A stretch of 64,000 nucleotides of DNA, taken from Eledone cirrhosa. Its lineage: Eukaryota. The stretch is from NCBI GenBank assembly GCA_964016885.1, contig OZ024741.1:196044001-196108000 (forward strand). The letters run 5' to 3'. Every line of letters begins with the position of its first letter. Position 1 is the first letter of the stretch. Made by a program: the position numbers and the translations under genes. A model generated the notes under the pieces. That model was not told the DNA's origin and ran no database searches. It worked only from the letters and a program-made list of their open reading frames with translations. Positions 1 through 12,769 of this stretch are shown one piece after another.

Positions 1-408
1 CTCCTTATTTATTTTTTCTTGTAAAACCATGAAACATTCAATCTCTCTTTAATCAAGTATTCTCTCATCTTCATCACTGCATACAATTTATACCCTTGCT
101 TGAAATTAAAATAGAAGTTTTCATGTCATAAGATTTATCACCCTACTTAACTACTAGTGACAGGTAGCATATAAAACTGCAGACTGTAACTACACATGTA
201 CTGAGGTCAATTCAATTGATTGTATCTTTATATTTCTTCTTCACAAATTGGTGGCATCTGTATAAGTTAGAAATTAATATCGATTTGTGACGATGTCAAT
301 ATGATCTACCGATTACAGAGATGATCCAAGGGAAATAACTTGCAATACTCTCGCACATAACAAATCATATCAACACAGTAGAGCCTTGTTTCAACAACGT
401 GTTCAAAT

Positions 409-1665
409 ATGCAGTGCAGATTTTTCCATCCCATATCGTTGTTTAGGTCAATCCAAACATTTTCTCCGCCCAGTTTCACTTCTCTCCGAAATCCTGTAAC
501 TGTGACTACTCTACAACTAGTGAATTACCAGTCGACGGCTACCGAAAAGAAACTTTTTACTCCAGGTCCTCTAAACACTACATCGACAGTGCGTGAGGCA
601 ATGTTAAAAGATCTAGGTTCGCGAGATATTCAGTTTATCCAGTGTGTGAAAAATATTCGGCAGAAAATTCTGGACATCGCAGAAGTTAGCAATCTTGAGT
701 ATACGTCGATACCAGTTCAAGGTAGTGGAACATACGCTGTCGAAGCCGTCCTTCAATCAACAGTTCCTCGGGGCGATGGTAATGTTCTTATTTTGGAAAA
801 CGGTGCCTATGGTAAACGTATTGCAAAAATCTGTGAAATTGCAGGCATTTCAAAACACGTATTGAGTTTCCCTGAAAACTCTGCTGTAGATGTTAATGTT
901 GTTGAAGATATTTTGAAAAATGATTCTACATTTACTCATGTTGCTATAGTTCACTGTGAGACAAGTTCTGGAGTTTTCAACCCTGTCGTGGATATTGGTA
1001 AGATTCTCCAAAAATATTTAAACAATTTTACTTATTTTGTGGATGCAATGAGTAGTTTTGGAGCAGTTCCGCTTGATTTCGCTGCCGGCAACATCGACTT
1101 CATGGTTAGTTCAGCGAATAAATGTTTACAAGGTGTTCCTGGATTCTCTTACGTGGTTGCGAGGACTAGCAAGCTACTAGAATGTCGTGGTTATTCCCGC
1201 TGTCTTACCCTGGATCTTTATGATCAATATGAGAACCTGGAAAAAACAGGTCAGTTTCGGTTTACCCCTCCAACACATACGATGTTAGCATTTCAGCAAG
1301 CTATCGTGGAATATGAGCAAGAAGGGAGCTTAAAGGGAAGGTCTGATAGATATATGGAAAATCGATCTATTTTGGGAAAAGGTATGAAAACACTTGGTTT
1401 CAAAGAGTTACTGGCTGATCCAAACCAACCTAGTTATATTATAACTTCATTTTACTTTCCCAGCGATTCACATTTTGATTTTACTACGTTCTACAACAAA
1501 TTAAACGATTTAGATTTTGTTATATACCCTGGCAAAGTACTGGAAGCAGGCTGCTTTCGAATTGGAACAATAGGTGAAGTTTACCCATCAGATATTAAGG
1601 GTCTATTAAAAGCTATCGAAAGAGTTTGCCTCGAAATGAATATGACACTCCCACTGAACGGTTAA
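409..1665 (+). CDS. phnW: 2-aminoethylphosphonate:pyruvate transaminase (AEP transaminase, PhnW/AepZ family, class V PLP enzyme); single coding exon with N-terminal mitochondrial-presequence-like extension
   Basis: 418-aa uninterrupted ORF with family motifs KKLFTPGPL, DLGSRD, QGSGTYAVEA, NGAYGKR, HCETSSG, VDAMSSFG, SSANKCLQGVPG (PLP lysine ~K238), QFRFTPPTH, IYPGK, FRIGTIG. The first ~45 aa are S/T/R/F-rich with no acidic residues. Confidence 0.95.
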   Translation: MQCRFFHPISLFRSIQTFSPPSFTSLRNPVTVTTLQLVNYQSTATEKKLFTPGPLNTTSTVREAMLKDLGSRDIQFIQCVKNIRQKILDIAEVSNLEYTSIPVQGSGTYAVEAVLQSTVPRGDGNVLILENGAYGKRIAKICEIAGISKHVLSFPENSAVDVNVVEDILKNDSTFTHVAIVHCETSSGVFNPVVDIGKILQKYLNNFTYFVDAMSSFGAVPLDFAAGNIDFMVSSANKCLQGVPGFSYVVARTSKLLECRGYSRCLTLDLYDQYENLEKTGQFRFTPPTHTMLAFQQAIVEYEQEGSLKGRSDRYMENRSILGKGMKTLGFKELLADPNQPSYIITSFYFPSDSHFDFTTFYNKLNDLDFVIYPGKVLEAGCFRIGTIGEVYPSDIKGLLKAIERVCLEMNMTLPLNG

Positions 1666-1774
1666 TGGAAGGCTTAAAAACTTTTTAATTAATATATATT
1701 TAAATATTTTCATATCTAATTTTACAAAATTGTTACTGGGGTAATTATACGATATATATATATATAATATATTA

Positions 1775-1780
1775 AATAAA
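1775..1780 (+). promoter_or_regulatory. Candidate polyadenylation signal of the AEP transaminase gene
   Basis: AATAAA ~110 nt after the stop codon; a second AATAAA at 1831-1836. AT-rich context makes chance hits likely. Confidence 0.3.
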
Positions 1781-2584
1781 TAAAAACATGCAAAAAATGG
1801 AAGAAAAATAAGGGGGAAACATTCGGTTGCAATAAAATTATATTGAAATATTGAAATACATGTTTTTTTCTGTTACTGTCGCATTGATATGTTTGTTTTA
1901 TGTACATAATACACATCTGCACGTTTCATAAATGATACAGCTTCTTATTTCCCTACTCCAGGTCTCATACACCATACTCGACTGTGATTTATAGGGACTA
2001 AATTATTCTATTCTTATATGGTCAGATTATTGAAATATCAATCAAATATCACTAGGTTTTACTTGGATTAAAACTGCTTGTACCTTGATGGTGTATGTTT
2101 AACGGGACATCCAGATGGAATGTTTGCGAGTGAGGAACTCTGTGGTAAGGAATTTTCACATGAATTCTTCTCAAGGTGAACTCTATATATCAATTAGTGT
2201 ACAATATTCTCAAAATGTGAAGTGATCATTCTCATTTTGTGCAGTAATAAAATTACTTGAAAAACCATGTAAATTTTAGATTATTTTCTTTCTCTTTTTT
2301 TTCCTTTACTCTCATAACATACAATTACAGATTTGTCTATTTCACATTTGTCTGCACGAAACAAAATGTATGTGGCTTGATACCTTGCCTTTGGTGTCAC
2401 GATAGCGTCATGATTGATTTCATGGACAGATGCAAAATGTAACACGTCATATGAGCCTCTAGTCATATATATGTATTATATATATATATATATATATCAG
2501 ATTAGGCATGGTGACGTTTAATAAGAATGTACTTTGCTGATAAGGGGCGATAGTGTGGTGATCCACATTTTAAATTATTAATTT

Positions 2585-3220
2585 GGATTGGTAGTATCGG
2601 TAGAGGATCGGATGCTATACTTTGCAGCAAAGAGTTACGGCCCTTTATGGTCTGAGTTCAAATCCCGCCGAGGTTAACTTTGCCTTTCATCCTTACGGGG
2701 TCGATAAAATAAAGTACCAATAATACACTGGGATAATTGCTGGCCTTGTGCCAAAAGTAGAAACAATTATTTTGTCCCCTACTATATATTAAATCAATTG
2801 ACAGAGTCGTTAGGGCATCAGAATAAAAATGCCTCAGTATTTTTTTCCAGCTCATTTCGCTCAGATTTTAAATCTTGCAGAGGTCAGCTTTAGCTTTCAA
2901 CCTTTCGAAGTCAATAAAATAAAGTACCAATCAAGCAGTTATTATTCTGATCCTTACGGGGTCAATAAAATAAAGTACCAGTAATGCACTCTGGGTAATT
3001 GCTGGCCTTGTGCCTAAAGTAGAAACAATTATTCTGGTGGTTTAACAGTATTGGTTGAGCGTCGTGCACCATGATTTGCAGCATAGAGTTATGACTCTTT
3101 ATGTTCCGAGTTCAAATCCCGCTAAGGTTAGCTTTGCCTTTCATCCTTATGGAGTCGATTTAATCGCCTGTCCCCTACCCCAAAATTGCTGGCCTTGTGC
3201 CTATAGTAGAAATCATTATT
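2585..3220 (+). mobile_element. Cluster of tRNA-derived SINE family A copies (full and partial)
   Basis: Repeated units with B-box-like GAGTTCAAATCC, central TTTGCCTTTCATCCTTACGGGGTCGATAAAATAAAGTACC and tail GGCCTTGTGCCAAAAGTAGAAACAATTATT; the same unit recurs throughout the window. Confidence 0.85.
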
Positions 3221-3602
3221 ATTCTGAAGTTAATATATATTCTTAGGACTAGTGACTCATTTAGATTTTACATCAGCTCTTCAAAATTTCAAGAAACCTG
3301 AAAGTTTAATAGAGTTACTTGATCAAATATCATGGTTTGGCTGGGTTGTCTCATTCTGAAATTGGACTGGTCAGATGACCACATCTTGCTTATGTTTCAT
3401 TTTTGTATGGTTTCTATGACTGGATGCCTTCCTAATACCAACTATTTTACCGAGTGTATTTTATTTTGGTAGTTACAGTGTCCTCAGCCAGGCAGTGATG
3501 GGAGTGGAAGCATGGCAAATGTGTAGCAATGGCTACCACATGTTACAGTGGGGGAAGGAGAGGGAAAGTGAGAGCAAGAGTTTGGATTGAGAAGATGTCA
3601 TA

Positions 3603-5740
3603 TCATCATCATCATCATTTTACGTCCGCTTTTCCCTGCTTGCAAGGGTGGGACGGGCCTTATTCAGCACAGCTTCTCTCCACTTGTCACGGTCCTTCAT
3701 CATCTCCACCGTGTGCTTCAGCGATCTGAGGTCTGTTCTCACGACCTCCGCCCATGTTTTTCGTGGTCTACCTTAACCACGTCTTCCTCTCGCACACTAC
3801 ATTCTATCCCCCTCAGACACAGTTTCTCTCTCAACACATCCATGCTTGGTCGTTCACGCACATTGACATTGCACATCCAACGGAGCATGCTTGCCTCAGT
3901 TCTCTCCAGCCGTCGCATATCCTCTGCAGTTGCTGCACAAGTCTCACTACCATGCAGCATCGCGCACCTCACACAGGCATCATATAACCGGCCTTTCGTA
4001 TGCAGGGAGAAGCCCTTCTTCGTCAGCAGAGGAAGCAGCTCCCTAAACTTCTTCCAACCCGTCCTTATTCTAGATACTATGGCTTCAGAACACCCCCTCC
4101 CATGCTAATCTGATCTCCTAGGTACCGGAAGCTATCCACCACTTCTATAGCACCCGCCTGCATTGGAAAAATGTGTCTATCATTGCAACTTCTACTGTCT
4201 AATTTCCCTGTACATCTACTGCATACGTATTTCTCCCTACTTGTTAGTTTGCCTGCTATCCCACTATATCTCTTGTGTACCCAGGATCTGCATTGTGTGC
4301 ATTTTATAGAATTTATGCCAGTTCCTTTTCTGCATATCAAACATGGCCATTTCCCTGACTGAATCAGAGTTTTGTCCTCTTTTCTACTCATCAATACTTT
4401 TGTCTTAGCTAGGTTCACTCTCAGTCCTCTTGCTTCCAACTGCTGTTTCCATAGCCAGAATTTATTCTCTAGCCCCTCTACTAATTCTGCTATAAGAACC
4501 AGATCATCAGCATAGAGAAGTTCCCATGGACAGCCAGTCTTAAACTCCTCTGTTATGGCTTGGAGGACTATAATGAACAAGAGTGGGCTGAGGACCGAAC
4601 CTTGATGTACTCCTACTAGTATCTGGAATTCCTCACTAAACTCCATTCCTACCCTGACTTTACTGACGGCACCTCTGTACAAAGTTTGCACTGTCCTCAC
4701 AAGCCATTCCTCAACACCTAGTTTCCTTAGGGACCACCAGATGACAGATTAGAGTACCCTATCAAAGGCCTTCTCTAGGTCAACAAAAGCTAAGTATAGT
4801 GGCTTATTCTTCTCTAAGAACCTCTCTTGTAATTGTCTCACCAAGAAGAGGGCATCTGTTGTACTTTTCCCAGGCACAAAACCAAACTGCATCTCATCTA
4901 GTTTGACCCTTTCTCTAATTAGTTGAGCTAATATCCTTTCTGCCACTTTTATAACCTGATCCATCAGTTTTATACCCCTATAATTGCACCTCTCCAGAGC
5001 ATCCCCATTACCTTTGTAGCAATTTATGAGAATACTGCTGCACCAGTCTTTGGGTATGACACCGCCATAAATAGCCTGATTGATGATGTGTGTAACCTGT
5101 TTAGTGCGTACGTCCCCTGATGCCTTCAGCATCTCAGCAACTATCCCCGACGGTCCAGCAGCCTTACCATTTTTCATTTCCTTAATCACCTCTTGGACCC
5201 TATATTCGTCAATCTCAGTAGCTGGTCCCTCTGTCAGATCTACTGAGGGTAATTTCTCTCTCTCCCATTCGTTCTCCACATTCATCATGATGACATTTCC
5301 AGGCCCCCTTTTTCTGATCATTCGTGACACTAAGTACACCGGCACCATTCCGGACACATTTATCTCCAACAACATCCTGATTTGCATTGACACACTGCCT
5401 TGCAATGTGGAACACCACACGCCTCTGATCTTCCCATCGCAGAACATTGGCAAACCTCCTACTCTCAGCCTCCCTGCGTGCTAAGTACACCTGACGTCTA
5501 GCTTCTCTCTTAGCGGCTCTATATCCTTCTCTACTCCCACCCTTTTTCCAAGCCTTCCATGCTAGCCTTTTGTCTCTAATGGCCCTATCTACCGTGCTGT
5601 TCCACCACCAGGTCACTCTCTGTCTGGTTGGAGCTCTGCTCCAGCCACAAGTTTCATCAGTAGCCTGCAGTAAGTTGTCACGTAAGAAATTCCAGTTATC
5701 ATCTATGTCATACGTCTCTAAATCGTCTTCTTTTTCGTCA
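3603..5740 (-). mobile_element. RTE-clade LINE, 5'-truncated and frameshifted
   Basis: RT motifs NYRGIKLM, QFGFVPGKSTTDA, FVDLEKAFDRV, GVHQGSVLSPLLF, LLYADDL, FRYLG, AMLHGSETC; (GAT)n tail at 3603-3618 on the minus strand. Confidence 0.93.
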
Positions 5741-5749
5741 TATATATAT

Positions 5750-6023
5750 CTAAAGACATTTTCCCAATTCCAACCTGCCCGTCCCTTCAATCTATCTTAT
5801 TTCTCATTCTTTCTTCTCATGAAGGATAGCGTCCGAAACGTTAAGACCCTCGTCCTGCTATTTCAAGCGTTAACCTACTATGGAAGGAATATATTAGGTT
5901 AACGCTTGAAATAACAGGAAGAGGGTCTTGACGTTTCGGATGCTAGTCTTTCATCAGAAGAAAGAATGAGAAATAAGATAGATTGAGGGGACGGGCAGGT
6001 TGGAATTGGAAAAAATGTCTTTA
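5750..6023. repeat. Fold-back element (arms ~5750-5877 / ~5895-6023) with a decayed hammerhead ribozyme in each arm
   Basis: Arms are reverse complements and TA-flanked. Plus arm: tctt-CTCATGA-a-gga tagcg tcc-GAAA-cg-TT-aaga (5812-5846). Minus arm: tctt-CTGATGA-a-agac tagc atcc-GAAA-cg-TC-aaga (5926-5961). Confidence 0.85.
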
Positions 6024-6379
6024 TATATATATATATTTATATACATACATGCATATATACTTCGTTTTTGTATGTTTTGCAAGATTTCTTATCTGAAAAT
6101 GTGTGTTCAAACAGATATAGTTATGCTTTGGGAGGGTCATGCTGCCAATAAAAACAGCTCACAAAATCAAGATGGTGTAAGACGGAACAAAGAAGAGACA
6201 CAAAATAATAACAAAAGTAATCACAGAACTTTGACAATCAAGAACTAAACTATCCGGATATTAAACTAAACTAACTGACTGGGATTTTATAATAAATTGG
6301 TGCATGTGTTTTTATTGGAAGTTTGACACTCCCAAAGTATAACAATATATATATATTGTTGTAAATATATATATATCCG

Positions 6380-7125
6380 ACTCCCCACGGGTACAAGCCG
6401 AAGCTGAAGCATATAGACAATATGCTCCCACCCCTTCCCACTGCAAAGTGGTCGTGGAGGTGCCATGGCTTAAAAGCACCCAGCCCACACTGTAAAGTGG
6501 GCGTGTAGGCACCACGGGAAAAAAGCACCTAGCACTCACTGCAAATGAGGTTGGTGTTAGGAAGGGCATCCAGCTGTAGAAATCAAGCTAGAATCAGTTC
6601 CCATATGAACAAGACTAGGTCAGCCAACCGGACACTGCTCACAACAGGACAACCCGTCTAACCCATGCTAGAGTGGAAGAACAGACGTGAAACGGTGATG
6701 ATGATGATGATGATACATCATCATCATCATCTTCGTTTAACGTCCATTTTCCACGCTAGCATGGGTTAGACGGGAATTGTCCCACTTGAGGCAAGGTTGG
6801 TCAGGTGACCGTGTCTCGCTCATATAGGACTATCTGGCAGGTTTTCTATGGCTGGATGCCCTTCCTAACACCAACCACATTTACAGTGTGGAACTGGGAA
6901 CTTTTTACCGTGTTACCTACACGGCCACATTACAGCGTGGACTGTGTTTTTTTTGTCGTGACACCTACACGATCTCTAGATCAGGGGAACATGCCAGCCA
7001 GATAGATTATATCCTTACTAGAAGCCAGGATAAAGTGTCTGTTGTAAACACTAAATCCCTCCCCCCGTGAAGAATGCACCTCCCAACATAGCCTAGTAGT
7101 TAGTGACTTCATAGTCAGGAATAGA
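6380..7125. mobile_element. RTE LINE fragments: two 3' ends tail-to-tail (6380-6715 +, 6716-6975 -) plus an endonuclease fragment (6975-7125 +)
   Basis: (GAT)n/(CAT)n tails meet at ~6715; 3'UTR matches 16914-17240; translation RSGEHASQIDYILTR resembles the APE C-terminus. Confidence 0.8.
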
Positions 7126-7298
7126 CGTATAGTTTATGAAATGAAATGATAAATAATTTACAGCAGAGAAAAAAAAAATCTAATAAAGACTTACCTAGCT
7201 AATTCCAACCAGGTTGAAACATCAGGTGGTGGTGTGTGCAAATATTGGCGTGGCCTTTTAGCATTAGTGGGAAGACAACTATCCATGCTCTTAATTAG

Positions 7299-7330
<32 letters not shown>

Positions 7331-7334
<4 letters not shown>

Positions 7335-7451
7335 CTTTATTTGCCACAAGAGCGCACAAGAAAAGGGGACAATACAAGGACATATGCTGGGGATTTTATG
7401 TCCTTGTATTGTCCCACCCTTCTCGCGCGCCCCTGTGGCAAATAAAGAAAT
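7331..7451. repeat. Short fold-back resembling the 3' end of the Tx1-like LINE
   Basis: Imperfect arms 7331-7384 / 7397-7451. The right arm ends GTGGCAAATAAAGAAA+tatatctatttatctatcta, like the Tx1 3' end at ~30620-30655. Confidence 0.65.
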
Positions 7452-7758
7452 ATATCTATTTATCTATCTATATAGATAGATAGATATTATAAAGTGCAAT
7501 GTCAGGAGGCCAAATTTCGTTAATTATATAAAACTACAGGAATAGAGAATAAGAAATAGAATGTAACAAGAAAGTAAGAGTTTAGGTAAAGGATGAATAA
7601 CACAATACAGAGTGGTGGTCATGGGAACACAGACAAATACAGGAATACACAAGCAATAGGGTGTGACATATGTTACACCCTATTTCTTATTTTGTATCCC
7701 TATACTTTTATATTTGGATGTTGATTGTTTATCTTTAACTCCAATGACTTCCACTCTG

Positions 7759-7807
<49 letters not shown>

Positions 7808-8194
7808 CATATATATATATATTTATCATCATCATCATTTTACGGTCACTGACAAGTTTAACTATTAACATCTTGTAATGATTTAGCAGAAAATATCTAA
7901 AAATGGGTTTGTTGATTCAAATGTTTATAGCATATTTACAAGTGGACAAATTGTGAAAATTGTATTGATATATTTAGTATATATATATATTTAGAGAACC
8001 TACAAACATTGGAAAGAAATAAAGCTTGCATGCTTTGATGAACAGTGAAGCATCAATGAAAGGAGAGAAACTGGGCATAAGAGAAGTCATATGCAATGTG
8101 CAGTGGTATGGACATGTGATGCATATGGAGGATGACAGCTGTATAAAATGATGCAGGGCACACAGTCAACAGATATATATAAATATATATATAA

Positions 8195-9710
8195 ACCAAG
8201 TAATACTAAATGGCGTCATACCGAATGATAGGCGCAGCAGCATCATCATTGTCAACTGCTACAAGGGTAAAGGTGATGCACTAAATAGAAGAAACTATAG
8301 AGACATCAAGTTGATGGAACAGGTCATGAAAGTAACAGAAAGAGTTATAGCACAGCTGATTAGGGACCGGGTAAATCTAGATGAGATGCAGTTTGAATTT
8401 GTAACAGGCAAAAGCACCATAGATGCTCTCTTTCTAGTGAAGCAGCTACAGAAGTGCCTAGCTAAAAGTAAGCTGCGCTACCTGGCTTTGTTGATCTGGA
8501 GAAAGCTTTTGACTGAGTCCTCCCCTGTGCCATTATCTGGCGGGCTCTTAGAAAACTAGGAGTAGATGAGTGGCTTATGAAGGCTGTACAAGCCATGTAT
8601 AGGGGAGCAGTCAGCAAAGTTATGATTAACAAAGACTGTAGTGAGGAATTTAGCATACATATTGACATCCACCAAGGCTCTGATCTTATACCTCTCCTGT
8701 TTATTGTCATACTACAGGCTATAACAGAGGAGGTTAAGTCCGGCTGCCCATGGGATTTCCTGTACACAGATGATCTCACACTCATAGCTGAATCTATGGT
8801 GGAACTAGAGAAGAAATTCCAAACCGGGAAGCATGGCCTAGAAACAAAGGGTCTTAAAGTCAACCTGACAAAGGCTAAATAAAAGGGAAAACCAAGCCCT
8901 GATCCCCTCGGGGAAATGACCTTGCCCAGTGTGTAGGAAAAGTGTAGGTAGAAATTCCATCCTTTGTCCCAAATGGAAATTTTGGGTACACAAGAGATAT
9001 AGTAGGATCTCAGGTAGTTTAGCTAAGAATGTAGGTTTTACTTGTAGCTATTGCACCAGAGCAGTAAGCAGGAAATAAGTGCTAACAAAATCTGGGAAGG
9101 TTTAGTAGAAGCAGTAGACAGCTTCTGCTACCTAGGTGACCAAATTAGCAGTGCAGGTGGGTGTTCTGAAAGTACCATAGTCAGAGTGTGAATGGGATGG
9201 AAGAAGTTCAGGAAGTTACTACTACTGCTAGCTACAAAAAGGTTTTCCCTCAAAATGAAAGGCAGTCTGTATGATGTGTGCATATGAACAACAATGTTGC
9301 ATGGCAGTGAGACCTGGGTGCTGTGTGCAGAGGACCTGCAAAGATTAGAAAGAAATGAAGCTTGTGTGCTCTGATGGATGTGTAATAATAATATACATGA
9401 ATGGCAAAGCATTATTGAAATGAGAGAGAAACTAGGCAAAAGAGGAATCAGATGCAGCATGTAAGAGAGGAGATTGTGTTGGTATGGACATGTGATGCAT
9501 ATGAAAGATGAGTTGTATAAAAAGATTCAAAGTTGATGAAAGCCATGCAGTGGGTAGACCTAGGAAGACCTGGGACAAGGTGATAAAAGCTGATCTTGTC
9601 TACTTACACTCCTCAAAGACGATGACACAGGGCTGAGATCTCTGACATTATGTAGTAATACAGAAGACCTGCCTTCCCATGGGCACAGGCTGAAGCTGAA
9701 GCTTACATAT
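8195..9710 (+). mobile_element. RTE-clade LINE, degenerate
   Basis: Same RT motifs as 18102-18755 (ERVIAQLIRDRV, HQGS, LYTDDL) with stops and frameshifts. Confidence 0.9.
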
Positions 9711-9821
9711 AGTATATATATATATATATATATATAGTAATAATAATAAAATTGAAGACTAAAATCCAAAGAGGGTTCGATAAGGAAAATATATATCAAA
9801 TATATAAGAACCGTAGAGCAA

Positions 9822-9952
9822 ATATTTATTAAAATAACAGATTAAAGTTTAAGCAAAGAATCGCTGCTTTCACCCTTAACGGGATCTGATCCCGTTAAGG
9901 GTGAAAGCAGCGATTCTTTGCTTAAACTTTAATCTGTTATTTTAATAAATAT
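9822..9952. repeat. Perfect palindrome, 65-bp arms, 1-nt loop
   Basis: ...CACCCTTAACGGGATC-T-GATCCCGTTAAGGGTG... centred at 9887; followed by (TA)n. Confidence 0.95.
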
Positions 9953-10009
9953 ATATATATATATATATTTATGTATATTTATATATATATATATTTATGT
10001 ATATATATA

Positions 10010-10563
10010 TTTGTGTATAACAAAGTGCAGGGCAATAAAGATAGACGGTAGCCACGGAATAGGCAGACCTAGAAAAACCTGGGATGAGCTGATAAACTCC
10101 GACCTCACACACTTACACCTCTCCAAGACAATGTCACTGGACCGAGACCTTTGGCGGTACTCAGTAACAGAGAAGACCCGCCTTGCCAGTAGGCATCTCT
10201 AACAAAATAGACCCCGTCCCGCCACCACCCCCACCCCATCCACACCACCCCGTTCTATGTAAAGTTATGTTGGTGCCGCGCCATCCAGGCCGAAACAAAT
10301 GAGATCGTGTAGGTGTCACGACAAAAAAACACACAGTCCACGCTGTAATGTGGCCGTGTAGGCAACACGGTAAAAACCTCCCAGACCCACACTGTAAATG
10401 TGGTTGGTGTTAGGAAGGGCATCCAACTGTAGAAAACCTGCCAGACAGTCCTATGCGAGCAAGACAATCACTCTTGCCTCAAGTGGGACTACCCCCGTCC
10501 AAACCCATGCAAGCATGGAACACGGACGTTAAACGTTGATGATGATGATGATGATGATGATGA
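10010..10563 (+). mobile_element. RTE LINE 3' end
   Basis: C-terminal GRPRKTWDE motif, shared 3'UTR and (GAT)n tail. Confidence 0.85.
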
Positions 10564-11112
10564 TATATATTGGTAAACGGAATAGAAAATGCTGACAAAT
10601 TGTTCACAGTGAAAAATAGTTTAATTAGGAAGATGGACGTTAAACGATGATGATGATGATGATGAATGAATAAAAATAACCAGGATTTAATTACATTCAT
10701 CCTTATAGGGTCGATAAAATAAAGTACCAGTAATGTACTGGTAATTGCTGGCCTTGTGCCAAAAGTAGAAACAATTATTTAATAGATTTATGAGCCTTTT
10801 TTTCAAATACAGTAGGAAGTACCATTTTATTCCTCTGTACTGAATTCCTCAGAATCATTGAACAATACAAACATAATTATTTGCCAACTGCATGTCTGAA
10901 CATTTCCATTTTGAAGACGTAAACAGATTTAAAATATAGTAGGGAAAACTTATGGAAGATTCAACACACAAATTAAAATTCATTAGTAAAAATATACTGT
11001 GTAGTAATTAGTTTTTCTCTTAAAACCTCGTATATATATATATATTAGACTCACATAAACATTATAGGAATAAAATTAGAACTTATGAATTTAATGGTCT
11101 CTGATTTAGAAA

Positions 11113-11306
11113 ATAATTGTTTCTACTTTTGGCACAAGGCCAGCAATTAACCCAGTATATTACTGGTACTTTATTTTATCGACCCCGTAAGGATGAAAGG
11201 CAAAGTTAACCTTGGCGGGATTTGAACTCAGAATGGCAAGGGCCGTAACTCTATGCGTCAAAGCATGGCGTCCGACCCTCTACCGATATTGCCAATCCAC
11301 CGCCAT
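11113..11306 (-). mobile_element. tRNA-derived SINE family A, full length
   Basis: Reverse complement of the unit at 37918-38110 (head GGCGGTGGATTGGC, B-box, central domain, tail). Confidence 0.9.
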
Positions 11307-11539
11307 CTGATTTAGAAAATAATGGTTTAATACAAACATTAATAAAGTATATTAAGAAAAATAATACAAAACTTATGGAAGTTTTATTCAGTAATAATGT
11401 ATTAATCAGTAGAATGATTTCTAATTATCAAGAAACTAATTGCCTAAAAATAGTATTTATAGAGGAGAAAAGAATTATTTTTAGAATAAAGTTATGAGTG
11501 AACATTAAGCAAAACACATTAGGCTACACACACACACAT

Positions 11540-12020
11540 ATAGTCCTCAGTTCAAAGATCAGACTGATGCACTCTCCAGTCATGTCCATATTCTTGTATG
11601 ATTGTGAGTCTTGGACAATAACAGTAGATCTGGAAAGAAGAATACAGGCTATGGAGATGAGATGCTTCAGAAAGCTCCTTCGCATCACCTACAGAGACCA
11701 CATATCCAATGAGGAGGTACGAAACAGAATTTGGCAAGCCATCGGGCCCTATGAAGACCTGCTGACTATTGTAAAAAAAAACATGAATTGAGATGGTACG
11801 GAAAAGTGACAAGATCTTCGGGGTCTGCCAAGACTGTCCTGCAGGGAATAGTAGAGGAGGGAAGAAGAGAGGCAGAAAGAGATGGGAGGACAAAATCCCG
11901 GAATGGACAGGCATGAGGCAGGGTGCAACCATGAGGAAGGCAGAGAGGTGAGAGGAATGGAAGGATCTGGTTGCCAGGTCATCTGTGGTGTCCCAATGGT
12001 CCACCAGACTATGGGACAGA
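11540..12020 (+). mobile_element. RTE/BovB-like LINE 3' fragment (second family)
   Basis: FLYDCESWT, RIQAMEMRCFRKLLRITYRDHISNEEVRNRI motifs. Confidence 0.85.
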
Positions 12021-12541
12021 TGAGATATATATATACATACATACAAATATGTACGCTCATATATAGATACATATACATCCACATAGGTACCTATAGATAT
12101 ACATATATACTCACATACACACGTATACCTCTACACATATATATATGTGTGTGTATACCCTCCCATATACTTACAGAGTCACAACACACATTTCCACAGG
12201 CATGGATATAAACATACCAACAGACACACAGTTATACATACACAGACATATATATATATATGTAAAAGGTAAACAAAAATAACAAAATAAATGGCACAGT
12301 ACATGAAAGAAATATATTAGTTTAATGCTTGAAATAGCTGGAAGAGAGTCTGAATGTATCGGACAGTCATCCTTCATCAGAAGATAGGGTTAAAAATAGA
12401 AGATAAATAGAAAACAGTGATTTCCAGAGGTTGGCTAAGGAGATGGGATTTGTTTTATTTCCATTGTCTTTGTCATGTGCAGGCCTATTTTGAATGTGTG
12501 TGTGTGTATATCTGTATATATATCTGTACTATATACTTTGA

Positions 12542-12575
<34 letters not shown>

Positions 12576-12769
12576 TCAAAGTATATAGTACAGGACAAAG
12601 ACAATGGAAAAAAACAACAGAAAGGCAGACATCTCCTCAGCCAACCTCTGGAAATCACTACAGTTTTGGTAAATTAAGGTCAATACCAATCTTTCCAGTG
12701 CACATTAGGACATAACAAAACAGGTAGAGACAAGTTATGCCTTTAGGAAAATTGTTTTTTCCAGAGAAG

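Noticed and set aside
409-1665. Bacterial contamination as the source of the phnW-like gene
   Set aside because: Contiguous with eukaryotic SINEs/LINEs, has a presequence-like extension and host-like composition, and has no operonic neighbours.
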